From contig CM119371.1 in NCBI GenBank assembly GCA_051294905.1, positions 12,650,001-12,714,000 on the forward strand: a stretch of 64,000 nt of DNA, written 5' to 3'. The stretch is from Botryllus schlosseri (Eukaryota). Both the position numbers and the translations under genes were made by a program. This document shows, piece by piece, positions 25,361 to 39,032 of the stretch (position 1 is its first letter; every line of letters begins with the position of its first letter). A model generated the notes under the pieces. The model saw nothing but the letters and a program-made list of their open reading frames with translations. It was not told the DNA's origin and did no database searches.

Positions 25361-27936
25361 AATGGTAATAGTTGGAAAAAAGCGTGTAAACCGGAGAAAT
25401 AGGTGAAAAAGAAGCGCGTAAACCAGAGAAATAGTTGGAAAAAAGCGCGTAAACCGAGGAGGGGGGGGGGCCTAGAAAGCGCGTAAATCAACCAGGGGGC
25501 CCTGGGCGACCGCCCACCTCGCCCACCCCAAAAGCCACCACTGAGTGTTACAATTGTCCACGGTCTCCCCAACATCGATGCTTATATTATGAGTAGTGTG
25601 GTGTTACGATCGGCCGTTGCAACACCTACGGGTTGTAAGTTGGAGTCCGGCCAAGGCTGAATCCGCTATATCTCTCTAAGTGTCGGAAGTTTAACTAGAC
25701 TCCTCGTCAATCTCCAAGGCTAAAAATTGGTTCCTTAGAATAAAACTAGAACGGATAGGCAGTGGCGCATGCCGACTGTTTATTGTATTGCAGAAACATA
25801 TATAAGATACATACATAAAATAGCAATAATGTGGAAAAGCATACACCAAATGAAGTTGCACATACTACAGGTATAATCTTTTCCAACAAGCGAAATCATA
25901 AAATATAGGATCAGTGAGAATATATTTACAATGGAATCAGACATAATGAAATATAATATTTTGTTAACGAAGTATTGCGACGGCACATAAACGTCCCCCG
26001 TAAACACATCTAGCGTTTACATATTAGGAATTTATCTATTTACAGCGTATGTTGCAACTTTCGAGTATGCACCATGACGCGTGACACTGTGATTACTTAT
26101 TTATATCAACATTTCTCAGCATTTTAATAAACCTTTCCACCAACGTCGCGCTGTTCGCTGCAGTGACATGTAGAACGTCGATGCCATCTTTTATCACAAA
26201 ATTGGGCACAAAAGCTGTCTTGAAGTGCGGTCCCTTCAGAAAGTTTTCCACTTCAATCAAGGTATTTTGTATAGGCCGTATCAAGTTAATTGCTTTTCCG
26301 ATCGACTTGATTTTTTCCTCCGATTTTAGTTTTGCGGCGTCTATGATAAAATTGTGATCATTATAGACTTGAATCTCATATGCAAATTCTTATGGTAAAC
26401 AGCGAAAGTAGACACATTCCCAGATCATGAGGGAATTACAATTAGGACCGAGCACAACACTTCCAGTACTCGAACTCGAATCCAAATCGAGCATTTATTG
26501 CAATGATCCGATACGAGAAGTGACAGACGATTTATTCAAGTAGTGAAATTATATGCCCTTTGTCATGTTGTCTGTCCGCGGTAATTTTTAACTATAATGG
26601 TCCTATCATAGCATCCACTCACACAAGTAGCCAATAACCCAATGTTACGCGCGTTAGTGGAAGTGACATTCCTATCAGTTAACTGGAATCACTGGAGTAC
26701 TCGATTAAGTGCCGTCCTAATATTAACAGCACTAAACAAATAGCCTATATCATGCAACCATCATGCAGCCATCGAGTCCTAGTAGCAGTGCAGAAAACCA
26801 CTGCACCTACGATGTGTAGTTGCGGAATGAATTCCATTGGTGACACCATTTATCATTCTATATTAATCACACATATTTGCAGTTTGTAACTATCCTGTTA
26901 TCATATGTCAATTATTAATTAGGTTACGTATATGCTGACTTCGAGACTACTTTTTATAATCTGTAGTAATTATTTTTTCCTACTGGAGCCGCGTAAATAA
27001 AATACTGTGTCGGGCTGAGTTAAAAGTTAAAACTATATTCTGCGGCGTAATAATTTCGTTTCAAAACAGAAAGCAATGATTGGCACTGTTTACACGCGGT
27101 TTCTATGTTGATGCGCGGTTTCTATGTTGATGTGTATCGTGCACTCCAGGTAGCACCAAATTCGGTTGTGGGGTGCAGTGATGTGCACCATATATGGCCC
27201 GATAAGTAGCCATCACAACAAATACGTAGGCTTCTGATTCAGAACAGATTGGCCGTAGGTACATTACGTGGTAAACCATTTATCTCAAGCTACACAGCTT
27301 GTATTATATTTGTGATGCCACAATTCTTTATGCAGTAGAATAGGGTGGCGTTAGAAGGTGTGGACCTTGCAATTTCTGCATTTTATGATTGTCGAGTCTG
27401 TCGAGCTACCGCATATGTAGCTCAGTCCGCGGAACACATGCGTGCAATGTCGACGGGCCCTGGACTCCTGAGTTAGAGACCCGGCAGTAGGGTGGTTCAA
27501 AAATAACTTTTTTGGTCAAATCTTGCGGGCTACTCGATTAAATCGTCAGGTTGCCTGAAAAAACAATGTATACCAAATTTCAATCAATTCCAACCGGTAA
27601 TCGCCGATTTCGTAGAGTTTTAAAAAAGTCAAAACTATCCCTATGATACAGTGCAACTGAAATAGCAACGGTACCGCCGGCAATCATGTATATGACGGTG
27701 CCAGCGAAGCCAATGAGGTAACTGAAATATTATTCATATAATGTAGCTTTCTATATCATATTTATGAGACATTCTTAGTCTTGACATGAGTAATAAAATA
27801 TATATCACACCATTCTGAGTATCATACTGTGAAAACATGTCACATAACTCACTAAAACATGAGCGTGTCAATGTTGCCGCAACGGTGATACCTCGAGCCG
27901 TCGCCACTTCAGGAGTACTTTGGAGAAACCATAACA

Positions 27937-29517
27937 CAGTGGTTCCCAACCTTTTTCATCTCGTGCCTCCCTTGGCCGAAATTTGAGCCAAAATTCCCCC
28001 CTTAGGAGAAATCTGCCCGATTATTAAAAAAGGTCATTTTTTACCGCGTAATCACCTGTTGACCGAAGAATAAGACCGGAGGTACGGAGTGTCTGTTTCT
28101 AGCAGGGCTGTAACAATACTTTGTAGACCTCCAAAAACAATGGTCCCAATCAAGCAAATTCTGGAAGGCTTGACTCAACAGACCCCCATACTTCCATTTG
28201 TGTTTTCGGCTTATCATGCACCAATCGCTAATAGAACTGCTGTGAAAAATCAGTATGCATAAATTTGCTGGTCTCGCGATTTTTTTCTCAAGTGTGCGTA
28301 TGCATTTGTCCAATAATATTGGTATATTCATACATAGCAGGATTGACCACACTCGAGTCGGACTCGAGTCGGACTCGAGTCAGCATTTTCTGATGACTCG
28401 ACTTGACTCGAGTCATTTTCTCAAAATAGGGAAACGACTCGACTCGACTAGAGACAATCTGTGTATTGACTCGACTTGGAGTCATTGTGCACGACTCAAA
28501 CCAAGCCATATGACTCGTGACTATAAGACGGCCAAGAACGACATTTCATTGTAATTTCGAAGAACAGTAAAGTGGCCTTCCTATTGGAATTTCGTTTATT
28601 GGTCCTGGTACTTGAGAATGCGACAATAAACTGCTCAAAGTGAGGAAAATTAGTATATTATAAATCAAAATCATTCAATATCACCAAACACAGTTATAAA
28701 AAGTGAGTTTAACAAGACTTTAACTGGAAAATGAGCAGTCAACACAAGGAATTGGACTCGGACTCGAGTCATAATACCATAACTCGGACTCGACCCTATG
28801 CTCGGTGACTTGGACCGTCAGACTTGACTCAATGTTGAATTGAAAACGACTCGACTTGACTCGAGTCAAAACTATGAAAGTGAAATTGACTTGTGACTCG
28901 GAGCCTCGTGACTTGGTTACAGCCCTGATATATACCCTGATATATAACATACACGTGATCAGATTTCCTGCTTGAGCTCATTGAAATTTAGGACACTCAT
29001 TCGGTTTCGGCAACATTGCACCAAGTTTAACATGCATTTTTTCGATCGAGTAGCTGTTCACTAAAAATAAAGCAAGGCTAGCGATGTCTTTGAGTTGAAT
29101 CGATGACGTTGGAATATTTTGTCACTTTATGAAAATGTTGACATGAAAATATAAGATAAATACTTTCGTTAGAGGCCTTGTTGTGATAGATTCGGCACGA
29201 CATTTGCTCGCTTAGAATATATTTGATTGAGAGGCCGTCGCTAGCCTACAAAATTGTCTTGCGAACTGCAGCACATCTGAACTAGTTTAAAAAAAGGGCG
29301 AACTTGTATGGGAGAAAGAGATTTCAAATAGCATTTGAACATACTTTCAGCAAAAAAACAGCTATAAGGAGCATACGCTCTGATATAACTGGTTGCCAAC
29401 ATGACAGTTCGGACATGAACATTTTGGGAAATCCGTACAATTCTAAACTGGAATTCCTCCCTAAAAATTGCAAAATTCCCCCCAAGGGGGGAATTCCTCC
29501 CCGGTTGGGAACCACTG
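27937..29517. mobile_element. Charlie-like element nested in the left arm of the foldback
   Basis: TIR CAGTGGTTCCCAACC; perfect TSD CCATAACA; the right arm shows the empty site (~31389-31396). Confidence 0.95.
28338..28927. mobile_element. GAGTC-repeat hAT MITE (third nesting level)
   Basis: Reverse-orientation relative of 9080-9617; degraded TSD ATACATAG/ATATATAC. Confidence 0.75.
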
Positions 29518-29641
29518 CCATAACAAATGACGCTTCAGGCGTGGCTGGTATACGCTGAATTGATTTAGAAGTGTAGGGAGTAGAAACCAGTGCCTATTTC
29601 CTCTTGTTTTAGTTTTATTACAGAATTGAATTAGAAAGCCT

Positions 29642-30158
29642 GTGGAATATATGGAGCGTCGATCAAACGATGTTTACGTGCCTCTTATAGGGAAGGTAAG
29701 AAGTGAAACATTTTCTTCTGTGAGACTCCCTTCTACTCATGAAGTGATGCAAAGATATGTATTTCACTTGAAAGCACAGCGGCTGACTAAAAATCAGGTG
29801 GCAATACGTATCTGGAAAGAGCTGACAGCTATCTGGAGCAGTCTTCTTGAAACCACAACACCGGGATTACCATGTTGTAGAAGTAGGAAGTCAGTAACAT
29901 ACAAAGTGAATCAGCTATGGAGAAGATATTGTAGAATTATGCGTAAAACCCGTCCCGGTGAACACGTATCCCAAAGGACGACTGATGAAGAGAAAGATTT
30001 TAAAATTCTGTTGACCAATTTGTCAAAACACATCTAACACTAGAAAACGACAAAGCCATAACCACGAGTCAGATGAAGCTGGATCGAAGCGCAGTAAAAT
30101 ATCCCGTGAAGAGACACAGATCGATTCTTCGTCGATAAGTTCACTCGAGGCTCTCTGA
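29642..30158 (+). pseudogene. Left-arm copy of the transposase N-terminal ORF with a 197-bp frameshifting deletion
   Basis: Near-identical to 31272-30559 but lacks the equivalent of 30694-30890. Confidence 0.85.
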
Positions 30159-30558
30159 GACCGCATCATGGCATTGGATACTGAATATGGTGATAATCCC
30201 CCATAATAAACTCTCCTCAAAGGGTAGTTGTTGGAAATGTTAGAATGTCAATTTATTCGCAATCATTCGTTAATATTGGTGGTGGTGGTTGTGATTAGTA
30301 ATTATGTTTTCAACATATGATGAAATCTTGCCATCTTTTGGATTTTCATCATATCGATGTAGGGTAAATGAATGCAGTGCTTGCCAAATTCCAAAATGTA
30401 TCTCACTGTTCTGTCTTTCATACACATTCTGGAATTATCTTTTGGTATGATGGTGTAGGTTGTTGCCTTCAATTTCAGTGAATTTGCTCAAATGTTTTTA
30501 CAGCCTATTTATATAAAATTTTATCACCCTATTCAGTATCCATTGCCATGATGCGGTC

Positions 30559-31272
30559 TCAGAGAGCCTCGAGTGAACTTATCGACGAAGAATCAATCTG
30601 TGTCTCTTCACGGGATATTTTACTGAGCTTCGATCCAGCTTCATCTGACTCGTGGTTATGGCTTTGTCGTTTTCTAGTGTTAGATGTGTTTTGACGAGGT
30701 CGAAGGCGATTCTTCCCATAGCTCGGCTCTGCTCCAGCCTTCTTCGTTTTATGTTTAGAGCTTCGCCACTTACATAGACCAGGAGGATCTTTAACGTCAA
30801 ATGCGTATTCACGTGGTCGACGCTGACGTTCCAAAAATATACAATCCTCTTCATTTAATCGCTTCATTACACCTGCTGCCGAAAAGTCAAACAAATTGGT
30901 CTTCAGACTTTTAAAATCTTTCTCTTCATCAATCGTCCTTAGGGATACGTGTTCACCGGGACGGGTTTTACGCATAATTCTACAATATCTTCTCCATAGC
31001 TGATTCACTTTGTATGTTACTGACTTCCTACTTATACAACATGGTAATCCCGGTGTTGTGGTTTCAAGAAGACTGCTCCAGACAGCTTTCAGATCTTTCC
31101 AGATACGTACTGCCACCTGATTTTTAGTCAGCCGCTGTACTTTCAAGTGAAATACATATCTTTGCATCACTTCATGAGTAGAAGGGAATCTCACAGAAGA
31201 AAATGTTTCACTTCTTGCCTTCCCTATAAGAGGCACGTAAACATCGTTGGATCGACGCTCCATATATTCCAC
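30559..31272 (-). CDS. Truncated hATm-type transposase, N-terminal region only (237 aa)
   Basis: Pattern LIG..FPS..EV..W..P..KV..L..LFDFS..ED.IFL.RQR matches my recollection of hATm transposase N-termini; no catalytic domain; lies between hAT termini with an 8-bp TSD. Confidence 0.65.
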   Translation of the reverse strand: MEYMERRSNDVYVPLIGKARSETFSSVRFPSTHEVMQRYVFHLKVQRLTKNQVAVRIWKDLKAVWSSLLETTTPGLPCCISRKSVTYKVNQLWRRYCRIMRKTRPGEHVSLRTIDEEKDFKSLKTNLFDFSAAGVMKRLNEEDCIFLERQRRPREYAFDVKDPPGLCKWRSSKHKTKKAGAEPSYGKNRLRPRQNTSNTRKRQSHNHESDEAGSKLSKISREETQIDSSSISSLEAL

Positions 31273-32456
31273 AGGCTTTCTAATTCAATTCTGTAATAAA
31301 ACTAAAACAAGAGGAAATAGGTACTGGTTTCTACTCCCTACACTACTAAATGAATTCAGCGTATACCAGCCACGCCTGAAGCGTCATTTGTTATGGTTTC
31401 TCCAAAGTACTCCTGAAGTGGCGACGGCTCGAGTTATCACCGTTGCGGCAACATTGACACGCTCATGTTTTAGTGAGTTATGTGACATGTTTTCACAGTA
31501 TGATACTCAGAATGGTGTGATATATATTTTATTACTCATGTCAAGACTAAGAATGTCTCATAAATATGATATAGAAAGCTACATTATATGAATAATATTT
31601 CAATTACCTCATTGGCTTCGCTGGCACCGTCATATACATGATTGCCGTCGGTACCGTTGCTATTTCAGTTGCACTGTATCATAGGTATAGTTTTGACTTT
31701 TTTAAAACTCTACGAAATCGGCGATTACCGGTTGGAATTGATTGAAATTTGGTATACATTGTTTTTCCAGGCAACCTGACGATTTAATCGAGTAGCCCGC
31801 AAGATTTGACCAAAAAAGTTATTTTTGAACCACCCTACCCGGCAGCCATTAGACTTCATAAATTTGAACCGCCTGCCCGGCGTTGATAAACGGAGCGCTA
31901 TGAAGGAATGAAATTTAAATTGCAAACAAGATTTGCAGAACCCGCTCCGCTGTACCATAAATCATCTTGGGCGTACATAATTATATTAGGGAGTTCACTG
32001 TAGAATATAGTTAGATGTTGCCTTTTGATTCGCAGATTTCACCTGGCTTTGACATTAGCGTGCTGTCTCTCGTTTTATATGTTTTCATATACGAAAACTC
32101 CGTTCTATTTCTTTGAAATCTGGATGCAGATGTCTTGTAGTGACACGTTTGATGGTAGAACTTGTGATTAATGAGATTGTTGATCCCATATATTGTAATC
32201 TGTATAATTTGTATGGAACTATATCTGCATAGTTTAAAATCGAATGATCAACCAATCCATCATCTCGATTACACGAACTTTGAAAGTACTCACATTTTTG
32301 GAGCATCAACCAGGCCATCTGCAAATTACAAATTTCATGAATATAGGATAAGGTATTAGGAGCTACGAGTGAACTTTTAAATTCACTTAATATCTACATT
32401 CGAGCAACTTGACAACTCTCATGGTAATATTCCCAATTATTGTGTACCATCTAGAC

Positions 32457-33644
32457 CAGTGGTTCCTAACATTTTTTTCCTCCAGCGTCCCCTTTCAAAA
32501 GTTTCCGTGCGCTAGCGCCCCCACCCCATATTTTAAGGACTAGCTGTAACAAAAATATTGCTTAAGAAGCAGGGACGTAGCAGCACCTCTGTGGGACTTC
32601 CCCCAAGATTCCCGCGTCGTGGCAATTCGATGTTGAGTAAAGTTTTAGGCGCAAAAGTGTTTTTGATAATGTATGAATGAACTGGTCCAGAATATTGGTC
32701 ATTGCATACATATATATATATCGCTATATTTTTTTATCCTCTCAGTCCACGTAATATGATTGACCGGTAGCGTTGAATGAGTTGTTGTCTTGGAAAATGT
32801 AGAGCACGTATTTAATAATTAAACATATTCGGGCGGGCCCGTTGGTACAATTACCTAGTTGCATGTTGTTATTTTGTGACCTCCTAGCCGTTGGCTATGT
32901 AGTTAAAAGATATTGAAATCGAATAAACGTATTAAACTAAAATAAGCCCACGATTCAAAATTAGTATTTGTTCAATGGCAAATAATTTTTCTTTGATGGA
33001 TGTTATTTGTCCTGTGGGGCTCAGATTTATCACGACATGGTAATTCGGCACGAACCATTGAAGCACCTATGGACAATAAGTCATATTCATATCGAAATTT
33101 ACAGTCAACATTTGAGCAATTCTTTTGAGCAAAGATTTTTCGAGGACGATGTTTAGGCACACTTCTCGGAGCCCATATTTGCCGAAACTTCATATGTCTT
33201 CGTGCATCGTGGCGTGGCAATGACCGACGCCGAAATGCCTATTTCTATTTTCGATAAATAATGCGTATTTTTTCGTATGAGAAGGGTAACCAATAATCAA
33301 ACATTTGGCAACGGTAATTCGCGCACAGTGCGGAAAGAAGTAAAAAACCTGTAGAAATTGTCAATAATGAATGCGTAATTTTTGATAAAACATATATATC
33401 AAACATTGTCAAAAAATTTCGAGATTTGACATGTTTTTTCGAATGTCAATTTGCTCTGAAAACTCGTTAATGATATGTTTCACTTTACTACACCATCTAC
33501 TGCGAAGCCATCTTGCTTCAGCGCCACCCCCCCCCATACCACCCCTGAGCCCAGCGCCCCCCATATCGCCCCCTGAGCCTTTTCGCCCCTTCAAAATCCA
33601 AATCGCCCGTTGGGGGGCGCTGGAGGCGAGGTTAAGAACCACGG
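32457..33644. mobile_element. Charlie-like non-autonomous hAT element
   Basis: TIR CAGTGGTTCCTAAC / GTTAAGAACCACGG; TSD ATCTAGAC/AACTAGAC (NTCTAGAN-type target). Confidence 0.85.
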
Positions 33645-36600
33645 AACTAGACGAAGAACTATGGTAGGCCTATACTTACTTGCAAGGTGGTCCGTACACC
33701 ATATTTGTGGCTTGTCAACGGACAATGAAGAACAGCAACAGCACTGAAAGCGTCTTCATACCACTTGTAATTGTATTAGCGCTTAAATCTGAATATGAAG
33801 TTACGCAGCTACCGCTGAGAACATCAAAGATGTTTCTACTAGCAACAACATTCACCAAGTTTTCCGATTATTACAAGTATATCAGATTAGGATAATGAGT
33901 GGCGTGCCGCAAATTGCGAACAGCAGGGTATTTCTTTAGGTGGAGAAAGATAGCGTTGTTAAATTTGCTACAATTCCTACTGTGTTGAATGATAAAATAG
34001 AAAAGCAGCTTGCAAATCAATGCCCCCACTGTTGCGCGGAACCTGTTAATTTTTGTATAATTATGTCAAGTGTTGACATGTGCTTCATCAAAGCAAGCTA
34101 AGTCTGTCCGTGAGCCTAAATAGAGTTTCTTAGCGTTTCATATTTATATGTATCAGGGGTTTTAAGCAAAACCTGTCACCGTGGTCGGGACAGCACGCTG
34201 CAAAGTTAATCACACATATTAGTTCATTGTTATTGCGTTCCGCAGGACAGCTTGTTTGCCATAGTTATAAACGAAAATGTAATACTTGAATTTTTATGGC
34301 GAATCTGCGATCGCAACGAGTTAAAGACAGGATTAGTACAGCCTTCTTTTATAGTTCCGAATGCAGTTGAACTGAAACGATTCCCTTGGAAGCGTTGTAG
34401 TCCGTATTTATTCGGAAGCTGCAGTTCCGTAAGGCGATACTTCCGCGTTGTTGGGAGGTTTAGCACCAAAATGCTTCTTAGTAGCAAAAACTCGCTTGAG
34501 ATTCCGCTGTAGTTTAGACACTTCCCATCCAAATTGCAGTTTTCGGAGACAGACCCATGCACCAACAAACAGCTCCATCAAGCTTGCCGTCTCTGCCTTC
34601 CTGTGCGTTATTCCTATTACGTTTAAGCTTTTATGTTTGAAATGCAACGGAGTCGTTAGAAACTTTAACACATGTACTCATTTTGATGATTTTACCATTT
34701 AGCTTACCTTCTGTAAATCTAATCGGCAGTCAATGCGGATGGTCCGCAATACCTGTCTTGTGGCAAATTTCGTCTACGTTGCAAATTGAAACAAAGCTAT
34801 GAACTAAATGTGTGCTCCAGTGGAATCGTTTATATCGACGGTTTCAGTCTTTGAGTACTCCCCTGTTTCACTGTTTATCATTGTTCTGTGTATGTGACGT
34901 CTTGCATCTTGGATCTATTTACGAATAAACGGCTCACTGATATATTTTCCTCGTTCATGACTGAAATGGCAGAGTCACTAATATATATTACAGCGACAGA
35001 AGTTGTTGGGGAATACTATAGGCTATCCTACTGGTCGTTATCATGACTGTGAACGTGGTGTAGTTATTCGGGAAAGTTTCAGATATCATTGTCTTGCTGT
35101 GCTTCTACGGTTACACGGCTGGTCTTTGATAAGATTTCAGTATCGGATCTCCAGAGCCAGTCACCGGTGAGCCAAACTGGTGTCGGTTCGCAGCCAAGTT
35201 GAAAGGCGGGGTTTCGACAGGCGGCTTCCGGCGTCACGCTGGTGCCAACTATGATATGGATGACTGAGCAAGTGACCACTGTAACCACAGAAGGAACATT
35301 AGGACTTCATCTCATTATCCTACTTTGCACAGACTCTACATCACGAATATTGGATTGAGGTAGTTGATGATGGTTCGTATAGGCCTACTCTGGTATTAAG
35401 TAGTTATGATTGGAATATCAATTTTACTCGGCGCTCGAGTAATGTATATTATCACAATTTGTAAGGATACAGTTCTATATCGGATGTTTGCGCCTCTTCA
35501 GTTCCCAATGCGTTCCGATGCTGATCAGTCACATTTCCGTCTGCGTATACTAGAGAACACGAGACGCGCATATAGCGGATGTTTCGAAACTTCGCACAGA
35601 GTTGCGGATATGTTGAGGCATCAGGATGTGTGGAATCGCTCTGCGTATTCCTGAATAGCTGCCGCCATTGCACAAGCACTTCCTAGGTTTTGCTATCTTG
35701 AATTATACATTGGAATGCCTGAAGTGCCATGCTCTAGAGCAGCGGTTCTCAATCTATTTCACCTGGCGGACCGGTAAAATTTCAAAAATATATTCGGCGG
35801 AGCGGTTGCCTTTCAAAAATTGAAATCCATCCAAAATTTAATGTATGCATCCGTTTATTGCAAGTATATGGTGCTAGACTGCTGGAGCGTGATATTCAGA
35901 GGACCTTGATCGTAAATAATTATGTCCATGATGGCATCCATGAGATTTTGCGGTAGTGAATCTGCTGAGTCGAGGTAAAATTGCCATGTACGGATGAACG
36001 TGCTACCGCCGAGAGACGTTTACAGCCATGGGTTTAACCGACCATGCCAGCTCGAATAATATTTATCTTTATGACAATATCGAGAGAAGAAGCATTTCGA
36101 AGTCCAACCAAGTACCTTGTCATGCTACCTTGCTCATTGTCCTCTACTTAGGGTACTCTGCCTATGCTCTGAATACAATGCACCGCACGAAAACACCTGA
36201 CAACAGCTATACCGGCTATCAACAAAATCCGGACAAAAAAAGCAATTCGTAAGCCCACCACCAAAACCGTTGGTTTCAGGCCACCACAGGGCGATAAGTC
36301 AAATTTCCAAGGGGCTGCGTCCCCTGGACCCCACAGTTGGATCGATGTTTTTACCAGTACTCGTGAGAACCATCTTTTTACTCAGTGTAAGCAGAGAGTT
36401 TATGTAGCCTAATCGTGCCAATAGATAAAATTTTCGATCATCCATGACTGAATCGGTCAATAATATTAGTAATCGCATATATATATTGCTTCAAATTTTT
36501 TACCCTCTTAGAAAATCTATTGTCAGATTTTCCGATAGAGCTGATTGAGTTGTCATCTTCGAAAATTTAGGGCACGTAAACATAATTAGGGATATTCGGG

Positions 36601-37099
36601 CCTGTTGAAATAATTACTTCTTTGCATGTCATTATTTCTTGACGTACAGTTTGTTATATAGTGAATAGATATTGACATCGCGCCAACGTAGCCCACTAAA
36701 TTAAAGCCGCACACGATTACAAATTGGTATTTCTGCAAATTTCTTCTGGCATATTATTCTTTCTGTGTGACGGGATTCGATCTGTGAGGTACATATTGCA
36801 GGGTAACCAAGTGACGCGGCTCCGGGTCGCAATTCAATGTTATATTTATAATTTTGATCGAGTCAAGTCGAATCATTTTCAATTGACCATCGAGTCAATT
36901 CCAAGTCCAAGTCAGCGAGCAGATAGGAAAGTCCAAGTCATGGCATTATGACTCGAGTCCGAGTCCGAGCCAGTGTGTTGACATCTCAGTTTCTAGTTAT
37001 ATTTAAAAACAATTTTACTGACGCATATAACAACTATGGTCTTTTGCCTCTACGACTTATTAGTTGCTAATCGATTAGATATTGCGATAAATAGATACA

Positions 37100-38050
37100 G
37101 TCAGCTAAACATTTAGTACTGTCTCTTTGTCTTCGCTATGAATTTCTACAGCAAAGGCAATATATAACCGGCAGTTAGTATATTTTCCATGGTGAAGGGT
37201 ACTCTCAAGTCCAGTACGGCAGCTCTAAACTGGCATCTTTCGTTGGCGTGCTTCGCATACTCGATAGTAACGTGCTCTGCAGTTTCTTCAACATGGCATG
37301 TGGTACAATCAGGGGTATCGATCGGAACACCCAATTTTGCTAAGATGGGAGTCGAGACGACAGTGTCCGGTCCACAATCTGAAAATGGTGGTTTCGGCAC
37401 AGCGTGGCGTAGCTATAGTTTGTAGTTTCGTGTATATATCAGGGAAGAACTGCTTGAAATGTGCTTCAGCGGCGGTTTCAATGAAACGTTGGTTACACTC
37501 TTGCCTACAGTGACTTAATCAATGAGTTGGCCTTGCTAGATGTATTATCTACACTTTGGCCAGTGAAGTCATGGGCCGCAGCCTATTTCACAAGTCGGTC
37601 AGCGACAACATTCCCTTTTATACCACACTGTCCTGGAATCCACATAAAAGAAATATGTATATGGCTTTCATGTTAGAGATGGTGAGCCAGTTCTAATATG
37701 TGATTGGTAATATAGTTATTTTCACCAAGATGGAGCAATGCACTAGTCACTCAGGATAGCAACTCGTTCGATGCAGTTTACTGAAATCCATATCAATGCA
37801 TCGAATAATGCTCTCAGCTCAATTGAGAAAATTGATAGGAGTTTCGAACATACTATTGGTGTTCTTATATTGCTTTATTCTGACAACAGTGTATACATCA
37901 CAACATTTTCATTATGCTCTTCTTGATATAAGAACCAAGAAATGCCCACGCAATCTTGCCTCAGTTAGGATATTGCGGTTCGTTGAGCTTAACACCATCT
38001 CAACCTATTTGTTTCATTTTGATGTTTATGATCCACAATGAGCAGATATT
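37100..38050 (-). pseudogene. Degenerate 3' end of an RNase-H-containing LINE (I-group-like)
   Basis: Minus-strand motifs IELRAL.DALIWI, VAILSD*, WIPGQCGIKGNVVADRLVK (RNase H), IFRLWTGHCRLDSHL, CTTCHVEETAEHV; stops and frameshifts present. Confidence 0.85.
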
Positions 38051-38839
38051 GAGCTGTCTACAACGGTAGGCCTATGAAGAAGGCTACAAGCTGTACAAAT
38101 TCATAAGATGAGTTCACCGACAGTGCAAAATCTATGATATATACGAAATGCACGTTGCAAATTAATTTTGACTTTGTAAACAATTTTGACATTTTTCGAC
38201 CTAACGTTACAATTTTGACAAAATTTTGACTTTTTGTAAAAATAAAAAAAATCGCCCTAGTTATGACTGTTGAGAGAGCTCTTAAATATGAAATTCGGAC
38301 AACACACAGACAAATAATTATCAGCTGCAGCACGAAAATGTCTGATGGACGCGAATCAAATAGCATTATTTTCCGATGTGTCTCGCATTTGCAATACTAT
38401 CTACTCAAATTGCAAAGACAGGACTATTCGGCAACGACCAAATCAACGACCACACATACCAATATCGAAGGCTTTAGCCAACCAGCCACTGTGAATGATG
38501 GCCAAGGTTTTATCGGCACTAATCCTTCTGGCATCGTAGTTTGCTAGCCGTATGTTGGCCAAAACTTGTCGAAAAACCCTTTGTCTCATATTCCGGCATC
38601 CCAAGTCTCCGACGTTGTTTTCCAGTGTTGAACAAATCTTGTCATAAATTCCTACCAATTTTCTTAACATAGATGTCGGCACACGACGGCAGTAAAAACA
38701 AGGGTTAAAAGTTCCAAGTCCGGTCGGTCTTTTCGGCTTGGGACTTCACTATTGGAACCAACTTGAATCGCGCCTGAGGACCACTCGACTAATTAACGCT
38801 ATAATAATTGTGTGTGCTTATATTCGGGGGTCACATCAA

Positions 38840-38995
38840 GGTTTGTTTGCTTGTTTGTCTGTGGTATTCATGGTGTTTGTCGACTACTATGGTCATTTAC
38901 ACCAGGCCGATATTCTTTATTTCCTATTCCGTAACTGCCGACTTGTAACACGGCCAACTTCCAAGCTTTTTGTATGACACACCCGTACGCGGATG
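38840..38995 (-). mobile_element. 5'-truncated SINE
   Basis: Family tail and (gttt)n end. Confidence 0.75.
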
Positions 38996-39032
38996 TAATG
39001 GCATCAAGGTTGTTATAAGTACCATCAGATAC

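Larger units (their letters stand above)
21803..25543. mobile_element. 3.7-kb non-autonomous hAT element carrying a nested palindromic MITE and a tandem array
   Basis: TIR CAGTGGTGGC / GCCACCACTG; perfect TSD AGTGTTAC; subterminal GGGGCCCTGGGCGA at both ends. Confidence 0.9.
27488..31837. mobile_element. Foldback hAT (hATm-like) element made of two inverted left ends
   Basis: TAGGGTGGTTCAAAAATAAC termini; perfect TSD CCCGGCAG; arms 27488-27936 + 29526-~30198 versus ~30522-31837; spacer ~320 bp. Confidence 0.95.
26093..33759 (-). pseudogene. Candidate spliced secreted-protein gene or pseudogene; exons 33759-33680, 32318-32294, 32224-32043, 26340-26093
   Basis: MKTLSVLLLFFIV signal-like start; canonical GT-AG sites; 25-nt microexon; exons 2-4 join in one open frame; TGA at codon 15 needs a 1-nt correction. 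Upstream donor at 34707 and TATAAA at 34834-34829. Confidence 0.5.

Noticed and set aside
34230..34702. Overlapping 84-112-aa ORFs
   Set aside because: No recognisable motif or consistent frame; lies in a predicted intron.
35083..35130. Hydrophobic stretch IIVLLCFYGYTAG after an acceptor-like site
   Set aside because: No start codon or valid donor; immediate stop.
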